IMG/VR virus record: IMGVR_UViG_3300045988_159115
DNA: 64,000 bases
Source of the DNA: a virus
Reading direction: 5' to 3' (one strand)
Positions 28,073 to 38,854 of the stretch are shown one piece after another; position 1 is the first letter of the stretch, and each line of letters begins with the position of its first letter. The notes under the pieces are model-generated. The model saw nothing but the letters and a program-made list of their open reading frames with translations, was not told the DNA's origin and did not search any database. Made by a program: the position numbers and the translations under genes.

Positions 28073-30457
28073 ATGGCCGATCATATCCACGAAGCTTCTG
28101 GATCTTCTGCGCCGCAGCTTACCAAACAGCAGGCGGGTCGAATTAACCGGACGAATCGAAACATCAGTGCAAACTTGAATGCTCTGATGGATAATCTTAG
28201 TTCGATGACATATGGTACTCAGAAGGACACGAAGATTGATTCTCTGATCACAGACTTCAATTCACTTGTTAAATCCGAAATCCATGATATCCGTTCCAGT
28301 ACAGATGGCGACAGCGTTAATTTTATCACAAGATTGATTTCTGATAATAATAAAAAGCTCGCTGGTGCATCAAAGGATCTGGAGGATATCTTTGGTACAG
28401 ATGAAGGTCAGATTCAAGCTTTATTCAACGAGCAGTATAAGAATCGTTTGATTAAGCAAGCTGACCTTCACGAAGTTGCTTCTCAGTTGGTTGAACTGAA
28501 GCAAGCTATTACAGTTACTCGAGATGCCATCATCTCGGCTGATATTGTCGATGGCACCATGTCTCGTACTCTTTCCGTTGAGAATGATTCCATGTCCACA
28601 GATGGTGAGGATTATATCCCTATCATTGAATCTGTGGAAAAGAAATTTGGCCTTCAAAAGAAGATTAAGGAATTTATTATTCCTCGTTCTCTGGAGTATG
28701 GCGAATATTATGTGTATGCTGTTCCTTACTCTAAAATCTTTGAAGACTTTTCTAAAGAAAAGAGCAAAGGAAAGTATAACGCATACAACGAAGCAGCAGG
28801 TCATACTCTGTATGAGTGCTACATGGAAGGGACGAAAGATAAGAAGTTCGATAAGACTGATCTTTATAAGTCCGTCATGGAGTCTGCACAGAGCTGTCCT
28901 GACTTTGAAGATCTTCTTCGTCGAAGTGATATGTCCAAGGGTGATGCCCAGAAGCAGATGTCTGCTGAGCTGAAATCCTATATGGAGAATATCACCATTT
29001 GCAACGAGTCTATTCCTCTCTGTGTACTTGAGGAAGGTGTTGACACCTATCGTCAATACTATCAGGAGTTCGTTGAAAAGACTATCACTGAAGATAAGAA
29101 GTCTCCTGCTTTCACATTTGCCTCGGTCATGAAGAATATTGATTCTGGCGTTCATGGTTATGAAACCAATGGAGCGCTGAATCGGCAGGCTAATAAGAAG
29201 GTTGGCGAGAAATTCAATAATATTCAGGATTGCTATGTCCGTTTGATTTCTCCGTTGAATCTTCTTCCTATCAAGATCTCTGACGAAATCATTGGCTACT
29301 ACTATGTGCAAGAAGATGATATTACTCCTCTTGCAGGTATTCTGACTTCTACGATGTATTACGACAAGTATGATATGAATCATGGCGAGCGTAATATCAT
29401 TGATATCATTGCTGGAGCTATTGTCAAGTCGTTCGACAAGAAATTCCTCAACAGCAATATGAAGTTTAAGAAGCTCATTGTAGAAGCGCTGAATTACTAC
29501 AAGCTGAATAATAAGCGGCTTCGTTTCCAGTTTATCCCGAAGGAATACATCGTTCCGTTTAAGATCAATACAGATGAGCATGGCAATGGCGTCTCAATCA
29601 TTGAGGATTCCCTTTTCTATGCAAAGCTGTATCTGATGCTCTTGCTCTTTAAGATTCTTTCTATCGTTACGAATAGTAATGATACGAAGGTGAACTACAT
29701 TCGTCAATCTGGCATTGATAAGAATGTGGCAAATAAGATTCAAGAGATTGCTCGTAAGAAGCAGGAACGTAAGATTACCATGGCAGATATGTTCTCGTAT
29801 ACTACTCTGATCAATAAGATTGGTCAGGGTAACGAGATGTACGTGCCTACTGGTAAGGGTAATGAGCGTGGCATCGAAACAGAGATTCTTTCTGGTCAAG
29901 ATGTCCAGATCAATGGCGATCTGATGGATATGCTGAAGAAAGCATACATCTCTGGCACTGGTGTTCCTGACGTTCTGCTCAACTACTATAATGAAGCTGA
30001 TTTTGCTAAGACTTTGGAGCTTGCAAATAACCGTTTCCAGGGTCGTGTCATTTCGTTCCAGCTTGATTATAATGAGCAGATCACTCAGCTGTATCGGCAG
30101 ATTTGTAAGTATGCTACGAATATTCCGGAGCCAGTCATTGATTCCCTCCAGTTTAATTTCGTACAGCCGAAGTCTGCAAATAGTAATATTACCAATGATC
30201 TTCTAAATAACCATAATACTCTGGTTGAGTTTTTGACTGGTCTTTATTATGGTCAAGACTTTGCAGATGATCCTAAGAAGGCGGCACAGGTGTCTGTCTT
30301 CAAGAAGAACCTTGCAAAAGATCGTTTGGCAATGCTTAACTTCGATCATATCGAAGAGATTTTCCAGAAATCTAATATCGAAGGTATGAAAGATCCTCTG
30401 AATCCTGAGAATCAGGATGTTGGCGATATGGATACCGGAGACGAGAATAACCAGTAA
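28073..30457 (+). CDS. Large virion-associated protein (portal candidate by position)
   Basis: ATG 28073 has GAGAGGAG upstream. 794 aa. Convergent with the tube/sheath genes, echoing the T4 order terminase-sheath-tube-portal. No motif verified. Confidence 0.3.
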   Translation: MADHIHEASGSSAPQLTKQQAGRINRTNRNISANLNALMDNLSSMTYGTQKDTKIDSLITDFNSLVKSEIHDIRSSTDGDSVNFITRLISDNNKKLAGASKDLEDIFGTDEGQIQALFNEQYKNRLIKQADLHEVASQLVELKQAITVTRDAIISADIVDGTMSRTLSVENDSMSTDGEDYIPIIESVEKKFGLQKKIKEFIIPRSLEYGEYYVYAVPYSKIFEDFSKEKSKGKYNAYNEAAGHTLYECYMEGTKDKKFDKTDLYKSVMESAQSCPDFEDLLRRSDMSKGDAQKQMSAELKSYMENITICNESIPLCVLEEGVDTYRQYYQEFVEKTITEDKKSPAFTFASVMKNIDSGVHGYETNGALNRQANKKVGEKFNNIQDCYVRLISPLNLLPIKISDEIIGYYYVQEDDITPLAGILTSTMYYDKYDMNHGERNIIDIIAGAIVKSFDKKFLNSNMKFKKLIVEALNYYKLNNKRLRFQFIPKEYIVPFKINTDEHGNGVSIIEDSLFYAKLYLMLLLFKILSIVTNSNDTKVNYIRQSGIDKNVANKIQEIARKKQERKITMADMFSYTTLINKIGQGNEMYVPTGKGNERGIETEILSGQDVQINGDLMDMLKKAYISGTGVPDVLLNYYNEADFAKTLELANNRFQGRVISFQLDYNEQITQLYRQICKYATNIPEPVIDSLQFNFVQPKSANSNITNDLLNNHNTLVEFLTGLYYGQDFADDPKKAAQVSVFKKNLAKDRLAMLNFDHIEEIFQKSNIEGMKDPLNPENQDVGDMDTGDENNQ

Positions 30458-30460
30458 AAA

Positions 30461-30510
30461 GAACCTAGCAGGTATAAGATATATTTCAATCTTATACCTG
30501 CTAGGTTTTA
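30461..30510 (+). terminator. Rho-independent terminator
   Basis: AACCTAGCAGGTATAAGAT pairs with ATCTTATACCTGCTAGGTT, a perfect 19 bp. Confidence 0.8.
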
Positions 30511-30518
30511 TATATTAT
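30511..30518 (+). promoter_or_regulatory. Orphan copy of the TATATTAT(A) motif
   Basis: GGTTTTATATATTATAAAAGG lies 3 nt after the terminator at 30461-30510. There is no co-oriented gene downstream, and a transcript would be antisense to the tube gene. Confidence 0.35.
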
Positions 30519-30588
30519 AAAAGGAGAAAATCGTAGATGACTATCGAATAGTCACCATGAGATTTATGTCCAAGCCTAATGGTAACTA

Positions 30589-31458
30589 TTAGGTCACAAT
30601 GAAGGTACCCTTCTGGCGAGAAGACTTCTTCACCAGCTTGCCGGTGTTCAGGTCGTAGTAAGTACCATTATCACCAGCGGGATACAGCTGATCATCGGTA
30701 AAGCCGCTGTTGAAGTTCAGAGAGTTCATCAGGGCATTGTGCTTGATCAGCAGCTGCTTTGCCTTCTCATTGATCTGCGGGCTCATATAACGAGTTGCGG
30801 TGAACTGGACGTCCATCTCAACCAGGTTATGCTCGCCAGACTGATAATTGAACTGCTCGAACTGGATGTTCTTCGGGAAGCAGTTAGCAAACAGAGCAGC
30901 ATACTCAACCTTCTTACCAGTCTGGTCGGTTGCAACGTAGATGAACTCGGCAGTCTGGTTAGCCTGGCAAACAGGCAGGTTGTAGTTCACATCGTTCGGG
31001 GTGTCATCACAGTAGTAGTGAGACAGACCGGACTGAAGATCGGAAACACCATTGACCCAGTACTGAATAACCTCACGCATCAGAGAGCCTGAGAATTCAT
31101 AGACCTTGATGGTCAGGTCGGCTGCGGTATCGGATGCGATCGAGGGGATCTCAACCTTCTTACCGGAGTAGCCGCCAGCCATCTCATTGGTCTGGACGTC
31201 GATGTTGTCCATACCAGTAATGGCAGTGTTTGCGTACTCAAGCACGTGCTTGAACTTACGCATCTTATCGGGGATCTTGTTGTTGACAAAGATCGGGGTA
31301 CGAATCATGAAGATTCGACCAAAACCTGTCTTCAGGGGGTCATACTGAAGCAGGGAATCACGAGTAACATTCAGACCACCAAGAAACAGAGCATAGTCGG
31401 TGATGTTTTCCATGTTATGGTTATGAATGTTAGTCTGGAAAGTCGTAGCATTAGCCAT
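30589..31458 (-). CDS. Tail tube protein (T4 gp19-like)
   Basis: GFGRIFMIRTPIF resembles the gp19-family N-terminal motif. Directly follows the sheath-like gene. Strong codon bias and AAAGGAG SD. Confidence 0.5.
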   Translation of the reverse strand: MANATTFQTNIHNHNMENITDYALFLGGLNVTRDSLLQYDPLKTGFGRIFMIRTPIFVNNKIPDKMRKFKHVLEYANTAITGMDNIDVQTNEMAGGYSGKKVEIPSIASDTAADLTIKVYEFSGSLMREVIQYWVNGVSDLQSGLSHYYCDDTPNDVNYNLPVCQANQTAEFIYVATDQTGKKVEYAALFANCFPKNIQFEQFNYQSGEHNLVEMDVQFTATRYMSPQINEKAKQLLIKHNALMNSLNFNSGFTDDQLYPAGDNGTYYDLNTGKLVKKSSRQKGTFIVT

Positions 31459-31486
31459 ACTACTTCACGCTCCTTTCTTAGTTTTA

Positions 31487-33475
31487 TTATGCAGTGAAGT
31501 TACGCTTATTCACATCAATCTCGATGATCACGCGCTTCATCAGGTTACGGAACTGCACAGAAACGTAGCAATGGACGATGGAACGCTCAGCCTCCCACTC
31601 GTTAGCATCAAAGATGATGCTCAGAGTGTCCAGACGAGAACCAATCCAGCTTGCGAACTTAGCATTTTCAGACTCAGAGAAGCGAGCACGATCCTCAGAA
31701 GAAGTGAAGTCGTACAGAGAATTCCAGCAGTCACGCTCAAGCTGCTTCTTCAGAGCAAACAGCGTGTTCATGTTATTCTCTTCCATCAGATCGGAATTCT
31801 CAGGCTGTGCAGTATTCTGAGCTGCACGCTGATAAGTATTCTCGTCGATGGTCTCGAAGTAATTGAAACGGTTATTGTACAGAATCTCCTTGAACTCGTA
31901 GGACAGATCATCCACAGCGGGCTCCAGAGAATTCTTGATATGGCCAGACAGCTGGCAACGAGACTTGACAAACGGCACCCAAGAACCGTAGTTCTTATAG
32001 TGCTTTGCCAGGCTCTGTGCATAGAAGTAGGTCACAGTGACCTCGCACTTCTTATTGGTGCCAGGATCCTTCGTGGTATAGTGCTGGAACTCCTTAACCA
32101 GGTTACGAGTGTTGAACACTGCGTACTGATTGATGATCTCGCCCGGGACGAGCTTCGTCTCCTTATCCTTTTCGGAACCTGCTGTCTGAATCGCCAGCAT
32201 CTTAGACTTGGTAGTCTCAGTGCCAGCGTCGATGTAAGCAAGGCAGCTCTCACGAGTATTGACCATTTCAGCCAGGATTTCCTTAGCCTCGAAGGGATAG
32301 TCAGCGTCGAGAATAGCATCACAGGGAGTACGACGATCAGACAGAATCGTATTGTCGTAAACACCAGAGAATGCATTCACGTAGCACTTAGTAGTTGCCT
32401 TAGCAACCGTATCCTCATCACCAGCGAAAGCACCATCGTCGCCACCCATCAGGGCAACACCCTGCAGACGGTCGACATTGATGTCCTCAGTACCCTCAGC
32501 CTCAGAGATGATCTCGATGCTGTCGATCTTACCCATAGAGCCGGTCTCACCAACCTGATGGCCAGTGAAGATATCGAACTCATCTGCGGAATCAATCGGG
32601 CAGACACTACCCACGCCTTCCAGGAACTTCTTGTACTCGTCAAAGACGGCCTCGACGTTCTCATCGAAGACATGGATGTTCATCATAACAGCACCCTTCT
32701 CCTGATCATCGAGGATATCGTTGATCAGAGTCAGGCTCTTGTACTGAGTAGAGGACACCAGACCACCAACGTAGGTAGCATCAACATTGAAGGAATCTGC
32801 AGTGTTGATGGTCTCGAAGGTGTACATCATGATGCCGTAGTCCTTCTCGTACTGCAGGTTACGGGTGATGCGCCAACGGTAGTTGTTACCATAGACACCA
32901 CGACCGGACATGCAGAAGGTTGCGATCGGGACCTGCTTCCAATTGAGACCAGTCTTCTCGTCCTGCACAGAATCCTTCACCAGGGTAGAGGCAGTCTTGT
33001 TGAGGTACTCAATGAAAGACTTTGTAGAAGAATTGACAGCTGCTGAGCCAGAAGCAACCTCGCCAAGGCCAGTCTTATCGAGATACTGAGAAGAATAGCG
33101 GATCTGCATCTTCTTCTCACCCTCGTCAAAACGATACTGCATCACCAGAATGCTGTTAGCATTCATTGCATCATCGGGCATAACACGCATACTGTAAACA
33201 GTTGCGGAGCCAGATGAAAGCATAGCGAGAGGCATCATCAGAGGCTGACCATACTTTGCGTAATTGGAATTACCATAAGTAGCAAGGAAGTCCTTAAGGT
33301 TATCCTTCACGAGAAGTACATTGTCGGGGCCCATACCAGAACGGAACACGCAGATGAACTTGTAGTTGTTATCTACGGCTGTACTAGCGGCGTCTTCAAA
33401 CTGCGTATAATCATTGATATAAGTTTCTACATGAGAGTGCAGATACTTAGGCACGATTTGCGTGGCTTGGGGCAT
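31487..33475 (-). CDS. Tail sheath candidate (662 aa)
   Basis: The track start is TTG 33484, but ATG 33475 lies 9 nt after AAAGGAG. The size and the sheath-then-tube order fit, as does the very strong G/C-ending codon bias (high expression). No sheath motif verified. Confidence 0.45.
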   Translation of the reverse strand: MPQATQIVPKYLHSHVETYINDYTQFEDAASTAVDNNYKFICVFRSGMGPDNVLLVKDNLKDFLATYGNSNYAKYGQPLMMPLAMLSSGSATVYSMRVMPDDAMNANSILVMQYRFDEGEKKMQIRYSSQYLDKTGLGEVASGSAAVNSSTKSFIEYLNKTASTLVKDSVQDEKTGLNWKQVPIATFCMSGRGVYGNNYRWRITRNLQYEKDYGIMMYTFETINTADSFNVDATYVGGLVSSTQYKSLTLINDILDDQEKGAVMMNIHVFDENVEAVFDEYKKFLEGVGSVCPIDSADEFDIFTGHQVGETGSMGKIDSIEIISEAEGTEDINVDRLQGVALMGGDDGAFAGDEDTVAKATTKCYVNAFSGVYDNTILSDRRTPCDAILDADYPFEAKEILAEMVNTRESCLAYIDAGTETTKSKMLAIQTAGSEKDKETKLVPGEIINQYAVFNTRNLVKEFQHYTTKDPGTNKKCEVTVTYFYAQSLAKHYKNYGSWVPFVKSRCQLSGHIKNSLEPAVDDLSYEFKEILYNNRFNYFETIDENTYQRAAQNTAQPENSDLMEENNMNTLFALKKQLERDCWNSLYDFTSSEDRARFSESENAKFASWIGSRLDTLSIIFDANEWEAERSIVHCYVSVQFRNLMKRVIIEIDVNKRNFTA

Positions 33476-33520
33476 ATCGCTCAACTCCTTTTCTTGAATA
33501 TTTAATCATTCAGATTAGAT

Positions 33521-33534
33521 AAATGTAACGGAAA
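33521..33534 (-). promoter_or_regulatory. Shared upstream motif TTTCCGTTACATTT (late-promoter candidate)
   Basis: Lies 28 nt upstream of the SD of the sheath candidate. A near-identical 14-mer lies upstream of the capsid candidate. Confidence 0.25.
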
Positions 33535-33575
33535 GCAAGGGATTGCCTATGCTTTTCGTAGCAAAGCTGTAAGCT

Positions 33576-34301
33576 TCAAAACTTAATAATCTGTTCCACC
33601 GGCGAGATAGTCTCCTGTGTATGATTTCTAGAACGATTCAGGGATGCTGTGATCATGCTATCCATATCCTCATATGTCAGTGCGGTAAACGTGGAGTTAT
33701 ACTGGCAAATCTGACGAATTGAAGCTGTCGCATAATCATAATCACCCGCAGTATCAGCAACCATAGAGAATTTCTGACTAAGGTCATTCGGATTACGGTT
33801 CATTGTTGCGAGAACCAGTTCCAGATAACAGGAAGGGACACCGAAGTAAACTCCATTTAACGCCATATTCTTTCGCCACATCAGAAGAAGCTGAGAATAT
33901 GGTATGACGGACGGAAGATTACCACCAGTGATATATTTCAGATAAGCCTTCGCATATTCTTCTTCTTGGAAGATAGCAGAAGACATGACTTTTGCACCCT
34001 TTAGGTATTTGATAACCTTACAAGGTTGAGTCTTTCCATCTGATAAAGTTACATCACGTGTTTCGGAATCGTATACATTGATGGTGATCATGGTAGGAAG
34101 ATTCATGGTTCGCATGGCAGTCATCTTACCATTACCATCAAATACGCCGACATTAAAAATGCCGAGAGTCTTGATTGTTTCGTTATTATCTTCTGCGAAA
34201 CTATTTACTTTCGACGCATCAAAAAAATACATCGGAATATAAAATTCGCAGTAAGGAGCATCCAAATAAATATTGGTTCCATCACTACGGAATACACCCA
34301 T
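33576..34301 (-). CDS. Hypothetical structural-module protein (241 aa)
   Basis: GAAAGGAGA SD. Lies between the 571-aa protein and the sheath candidate. Confidence 0.6.
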   Translation of the reverse strand: MGVFRSDGTNIYLDAPYCEFYIPMYFFDASKVNSFAEDNNETIKTLGIFNVGVFDGNGKMTAMRTMNLPTMITINVYDSETRDVTLSDGKTQPCKVIKYLKGAKVMSSAIFQEEEYAKAYLKYITGGNLPSVIPYSQLLLMWRKNMALNGVYFGVPSCYLELVLATMNRNPNDLSQKFSMVADTAGDYDYATASIRQICQYNSTFTALTYEDMDSMITASLNRSRNHTQETISPVEQIIKF

Positions 34302-34329
34302 TGGTAAGTTTCTCTCCTTTCGGCAAAAT

Positions 34330-34375
34330 AGGACTAATAGAAGACATGGAAAATATCTAGTCTTCTATTAGTCCT
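34330..34375 (-). terminator. Rho-independent terminator
   Basis: AGGACTAATAGAAGAC pairs with GTCTTCTATTAGTCCT, 16 bp. Confidence 0.7.
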
Positions 34376-34403
34376 TTGTTTTTAGGTCATATTTGTACTG
34401 GGA

Positions 34404-36119
34404 TTAGTCTTCGTCAGTCTTGACGAAATCTTCCAGTTCCCAGCACTTCAGTTCATTGGTTGCTGCAACGATATAGCCAGTCTTAAACTGCTTCTTTGTA
34501 GCAGAGCCAGAAGATGCAAGCTGGAGAACAGTCACAACGCCGACGTTATCTTCGACGAGATGACCGTCGCGTGAATCATAGAAAGAATACTCACCGTGAG
34601 TATTGGGGATGTAAAGATCACCGTAGCTGTCTGCATAGACGCGGACACCAGTCAGATCTCGATTGGGGTTGACAGACGGATCACGAACTGTAACGATCAT
34701 GGGAGCATCATCACCATCGGTAGAAGTTTCCTCTTCGTCGACCTTTTCAACAGGAGTCTCCTCAACGACGTCCTCTGCATCAGCAGTAACGTCATCAATA
34801 TCGACGGGCTCAGGAATATCCTCGGAAGTTGTCTCCACAGGAGCGGATTCTTCGGCCGGCTGAACTTCCTCCTCATTATGAGTATTATCGCCGAGATCAA
34901 TCTCCTCAATGGAGTCAATCAGAGGCTCGCCTGTAGTAACCTCGCTCTTGACATCGTCAATGAGATCATTCAGAGCATCTTCATCGGCCTTCTTCTGGTC
35001 AGCAATTACCTGATCCAGATGCTTCTTCAGATCAGGAAGCTCCATCTTCACGACGTCATCAGTCAGATGACCACCATGAGCAACGATGGAATCACACAGA
35101 GCCTGACGGAACTGTGCTTCAGTCTCCTGACGCTGAGCAACACGTGCAGGATGGAGAGGAGATGCAACATTCTTTTCCTTCATGATATCAATGAAGGGCA
35201 TGAAGTTATCATCGGTCTTCTTGATGAATTCGATGAATTCAGCTTCTTCCTCAGGAGTAGAGAAACGATGATAAACCAGATTGTGAATCTGGACAAGAAT
35301 TGCCTGGCAGAACAGATTATCTTCCTTACGGGTAGTATCTGCATAAGAGATGAAACGCTCGACCAGGAAGAAGAAAATTCCGTTCAGAGGATAATACTCT
35401 TCGGGGAGGAACATCTCCTCCAGATTCACAAACATCTTGTAAATCTGCTGAGTATAGCCAAGACGCTTGAAGCGAACATCGAACTTCTTCTTGATCAGAG
35501 AACTACGCTTTGCATCGAAGTAAGTATTGATAATGTTCTTGACCTCAGAGTTGCCAAACTTATAGATGCGATCGGTCAGGAAAGAGAAATCCTCACGCTT
35601 CTTGAGGGTATTCAGAATCTTCTGAACACGCTCCTTCTCGACCGGATCGGTTTCCTCATCACACTTCTTCTGAAGTTCTGCGATGCTATCCTTACGACGC
35701 TTTGCGCTGTTTGCAGAGTCATAAGTCTTCTCTGCAATACTCTTCATCTCTTCCATCAGGCCATCACGCTCTTTCACAGCGTCATTGTACTTCTGAATGG
35801 TATCCTGAAGAGAAGTGAAAATGGAAATGCAGTACTCGGTGAAATTCATAGTCTTAGTCTTCTCGTCCGAGTTCTCACGAGAGGCTTCGATGTCGCTGTG
35901 CTTACTCTTGGTAAACGCAACGATCTTATCCACGCCATCTGCGGAAAGATTCTTCACATCCTCAGCAGTCATTTTGCCAAGGACATCACGCAGACGGTCA
36001 CCAAAGCCAAACTGCTTAATGCTGTCACGAATGGTCTCATCAAAGGTCTTGATGGTATCATTCATCATGCCAATGTACTGACGGGCTTCATCCATAGTAG
36101 ATTTTACTGATTTAGACAT
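34404..36119 (-). CDS. Hypothetical abundant protein with acidic linker (571 aa)
   Basis: Start moved to ATG 36119 (AAAGGA SD). Strong codon bias. Acidic E/D/V/P linker before a C-terminal beta-type domain. Confidence 0.6.
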   Translation of the reverse strand: MSKSVKSTMDEARQYIGMMNDTIKTFDETIRDSIKQFGFGDRLRDVLGKMTAEDVKNLSADGVDKIVAFTKSKHSDIEASRENSDEKTKTMNFTEYCISIFTSLQDTIQKYNDAVKERDGLMEEMKSIAEKTYDSANSAKRRKDSIAELQKKCDEETDPVEKERVQKILNTLKKREDFSFLTDRIYKFGNSEVKNIINTYFDAKRSSLIKKKFDVRFKRLGYTQQIYKMFVNLEEMFLPEEYYPLNGIFFFLVERFISYADTTRKEDNLFCQAILVQIHNLVYHRFSTPEEEAEFIEFIKKTDDNFMPFIDIMKEKNVASPLHPARVAQRQETEAQFRQALCDSIVAHGGHLTDDVVKMELPDLKKHLDQVIADQKKADEDALNDLIDDVKSEVTTGEPLIDSIEEIDLGDNTHNEEEVQPAEESAPVETTSEDIPEPVDIDDVTADAEDVVEETPVEKVDEEETSTDGDDAPMIVTVRDPSVNPNRDLTGVRVYADSYGDLYIPNTHGEYSFYDSRDGHLVEDNVGVVTVLQLASSGSATKKQFKTGYIVAATNELKCWELEDFVKTDED

Positions 36120-36481
36120 TTGCTGATTTCCTTTCTTTGGTAAGTTACCATAGTTAATAGCTTGTGCTTCGTATGATATAATAAAATACCTATAGCAAAA
36201 CACTTGTGTAAATTGAGCATGGATATGTGGACTTGTATTACACATCGCTTAACAGTGAACGTCTCCCCAAAACGAAATCATCAAGGATTCCTTTTTTCTG
36301 CTACATTCGTTTGCACCATTTTTCCTCCATATGAATATTCCTTAAGTGTATCAGTTGACGCAGTGATTTCATTCCAGAAGGTCTTTTCTCAGGGTTTCGG
36401 CATTTGTTGTTTCATGATTTTCCGCCTTGGTGACACTTCGACTTGTTCACTCGTGTAATATCATATCATGCTCAGTTTAAT

Positions 36482-36522
36482 TAAGACACCGACTACTTGT
36501 TGATTGAGTAGTCGGTGTCTTA
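36482..36522 (-). terminator. Terminator of the terminase gene
   Basis: TAAGACACCGACTACT pairs with AGTAGTCGGTGTCTTA, 16 bp. Confidence 0.75.
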
Positions 36523-36529
36523 TTAGTCG

Positions 36530-38731
36530 TTAGAATCCGTTAAGGAAATCAAAAGAAGAAAGAGAATTAGAAGAAGGTTGGTCTTGGCCTACTCCCATCC
36601 CATTCATCTCATCGAAGAAACTCATGTCGATGCTACGATCGTCATAAATTTCTTCAAGCTGTTCATCTTGAGATTTATCAAGAGTTGGATTTTCAACGAG
36701 ACCCTTTCTATGAAGCTCAAGGGATTCTCTCTGAGATTTAATCAATGCTTGGCGCATAATCTCAGCATAATCATTCTCTTTACGGACTCTTTCCTGCTTC
36801 TTCATAGCCTGAATAGTTTCAGCAGGAAGGATGCCAGAATTCTCAATATCTTCCACAGAACGCTTGAGACCTTGATTTTGGTTATCAATGTCCTTGGCAC
36901 CTTTCACGATTCCGAAAGCAGTAAGATTATTTCCATGATACCACACATACATACCGATGAGGTAAGACATTATAGAGTCATCGTGGAAGGTAGGGCCAGC
37001 CTCGATCTTTCCTGATCTAGTTTGAACTAGATGTGCAATATCTTCAGTGATGTTCTTTGTAACGAAGTCATCTTTGAATTCTGCCATGCGGCGGAAAAGG
37101 ATAGCAAACATGTCTTCACGAGATTGATTATTCGTATAGACGCCGTAATGCTTCTTTTGATCACCCTGACGCTTCAGCATGCTAACCACGTTAGATTCAT
37201 CTGCAAGATTTTCTTCGACCAGATCCTTATTCTTATCAAAATAGAGATTGGATCGAATGGGAGAATTCAGCAAATGATCAATGATACCATCACCGACGGA
37301 GTTTCTCTCGATGATAATACATGCTCTTGGAATATGCTGCTGAACCAATTCCATGATGAGCTTTTCAAACATCGTCTCGCCGATATATGGACATTTGAAT
37401 TCTGCATCAGGTCTCACAGTATAGGGGTTGATGATAGTGATGGCATTAGAGTCTCCATTGGTACCAGTAGAGCAGTCGATGCTGACAAGGTATGGTGTGA
37501 GACGTTCAAGCTTTCTATAGATATCGAAACGGAAATGCTCCAAGATATACATCTCATCAATGACAGGCTGAATCATAGAAGAGATATATTCGATATCTTC
37601 CTGATCGAACGGAGAATCAGAACTACCACGAATTCTCTGAAGAAGAATCTCACGCTTGACAACGATAGGATTCTGAATCTTATTGTACATATTCCGAAGC
37701 CACTCGTCAGTTAGACCAAGCTGCTTGTAGGAATACTCTACGTAAACGATTCCGTTACCACCGTTATTCTTTACGTACTGGAGAAGTTCATTATTCTCAT
37801 CATTTGTCGGATCATATCGCATATCATACATATGCTCAGTCCATTTCGTTGTATGAGAAAGAATCTCCTGTGCTTCTTGTCCCATGGAGGTATCCAAGTC
37901 ACCTGGAGTACAAGAGAAGGCCCGGCAATAGATCGCTCCGTTTTTCTTAGCGTTTCGAGATGCAGTTTCAAAGGTTGACACTGAGTTCTCGATAATCGTT
38001 TTGATATATGGAGTAAACTCAGGCTCGTCGAAATGCAGAATAGGAGAAGTAAGACCACGAGCCAGAGACAGTGCGGATTCGTAAGATGTTGCCTTTGGCT
38101 TGATGATGATTCTGTTCTTTGTGATAGGGTGCTTCATAGAAGTAGCATTGCGAGTTGCTTTTGTGATTTTCACCTTACCACTCTGATCGTCTTCTTCCAG
38201 AATCTGATCGAAACGAAGATACTCAGGAAGACAATCAATGATATCTTTCAGACGTTGCAAGTTTTCCTTTGCGTTACTACTATCTTTATTAACGAAAATA
38301 AAGGTAGAGTTATTGGTACCGAAAGAATATGCCCATGATAGAAGACAGAGAAAAGAAATTGTCTTGCCTTGCTGACGAGGAAGACATAACCAGGAATCAA
38401 CACCATGCAAAGTTAACCACGTCTGTGCAATATTGCCACGATTGGCTTTGAACGGAACACCGACACCACCTTGATCAGGAATACGACAGACTTCTCGGAG
38501 ATAATACCATGGATTACGAGTACACTCCATCATGATTCGAGAGATTTGATCTCGAGTCAGATTTTCATTGTATGGATCGACTCCAACCAGAGTATAGTCC
38601 ACAATTTCCAGCATGAAATAGTAATTGTGGATTCCAAGTTGCTTCAAATCTTTTGCAACTTGAAGGAAACTCTTATTGGTTGTGCCCGTATCATAGTATT
38701 TATTTCCGATTCGTTTAATACGACTTGCCAA
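36530..38731 (-). CDS. terL: Terminase large subunit
   Basis: Walker A LPRQQGKT (compare T4 gp17 SRQLGKT), Walker B ILHFDEPEF, and nuclease-type IDCSTGTNGDSNA. TTG start lies 7 nt after GGAGGTGA. Confidence 0.85.
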   Translation of the reverse strand: MASRIKRIGNKYYDTGTTNKSFLQVAKDLKQLGIHNYYFMLEIVDYTLVGVDPYNENLTRDQISRIMMECTRNPWYYLREVCRIPDQGGVGVPFKANRGNIAQTWLTLHGVDSWLCLPRQQGKTISFLCLLSWAYSFGTNNSTFIFVNKDSSNAKENLQRLKDIIDCLPEYLRFDQILEEDDQSGKVKITKATRNATSMKHPITKNRIIIKPKATSYESALSLARGLTSPILHFDEPEFTPYIKTIIENSVSTFETASRNAKKNGAIYCRAFSCTPGDLDTSMGQEAQEILSHTTKWTEHMYDMRYDPTNDENNELLQYVKNNGGNGIVYVEYSYKQLGLTDEWLRNMYNKIQNPIVVKREILLQRIRGSSDSPFDQEDIEYISSMIQPVIDEMYILEHFRFDIYRKLERLTPYLVSIDCSTGTNGDSNAITIINPYTVRPDAEFKCPYIGETMFEKLIMELVQQHIPRACIIIERNSVGDGIIDHLLNSPIRSNLYFDKNKDLVEENLADESNVVSMLKRQGDQKKHYGVYTNNQSREDMFAILFRRMAEFKDDFVTKNITEDIAHLVQTRSGKIEAGPTFHDDSIMSYLIGMYVWYHGNNLTAFGIVKGAKDIDNQNQGLKRSVEDIENSGILPAETIQAMKKQERVRKENDYAEIMRQALIKSQRESLELHRKGLVENPTLDKSQDEQLEEIYDDRSIDMSFFDEMNGMGVGQDQPSSNSLSSFDFLNGF

Positions 38732-38779
38732 TTGATAATCACCTCCTAATGATTATCAATACGTCTAATCTGTAAAATA

Positions 38780-38818
38780 GAAGATAGTAATGAGTATGAA
38801 AAACCCATTACTATCTTC
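38780..38818. other. Stem-loop in a divergent intergenic region upstream of a promoter motif
   Basis: GAAGATAGTAATG pairs with CATTACTATCTTC, a perfect 13 bp. Confidence 0.6.
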
Positions 38819-38854
38819 TTCTATTTGATCTATAATCAATACTGATTATAGTTA

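Noticed and set aside
31427-33046. Very long antisense ORFs in the track: 31427-33046 (539 aa), 34596-36110 (504 aa), 42584-44197 (537 aa), 6902-8017 (371 aa), 28421-29581 (386 aa) and 23080-24177 (365 aa).
   Set aside because: Each lies fully inside a sense-strand gene that has recognisable motifs and a strong SD. Their products are low-complexity (L/V/I/S-rich), and they lack ribosome-binding sites. They are shadow ORFs produced by strong codon bias, not overlapping genes.
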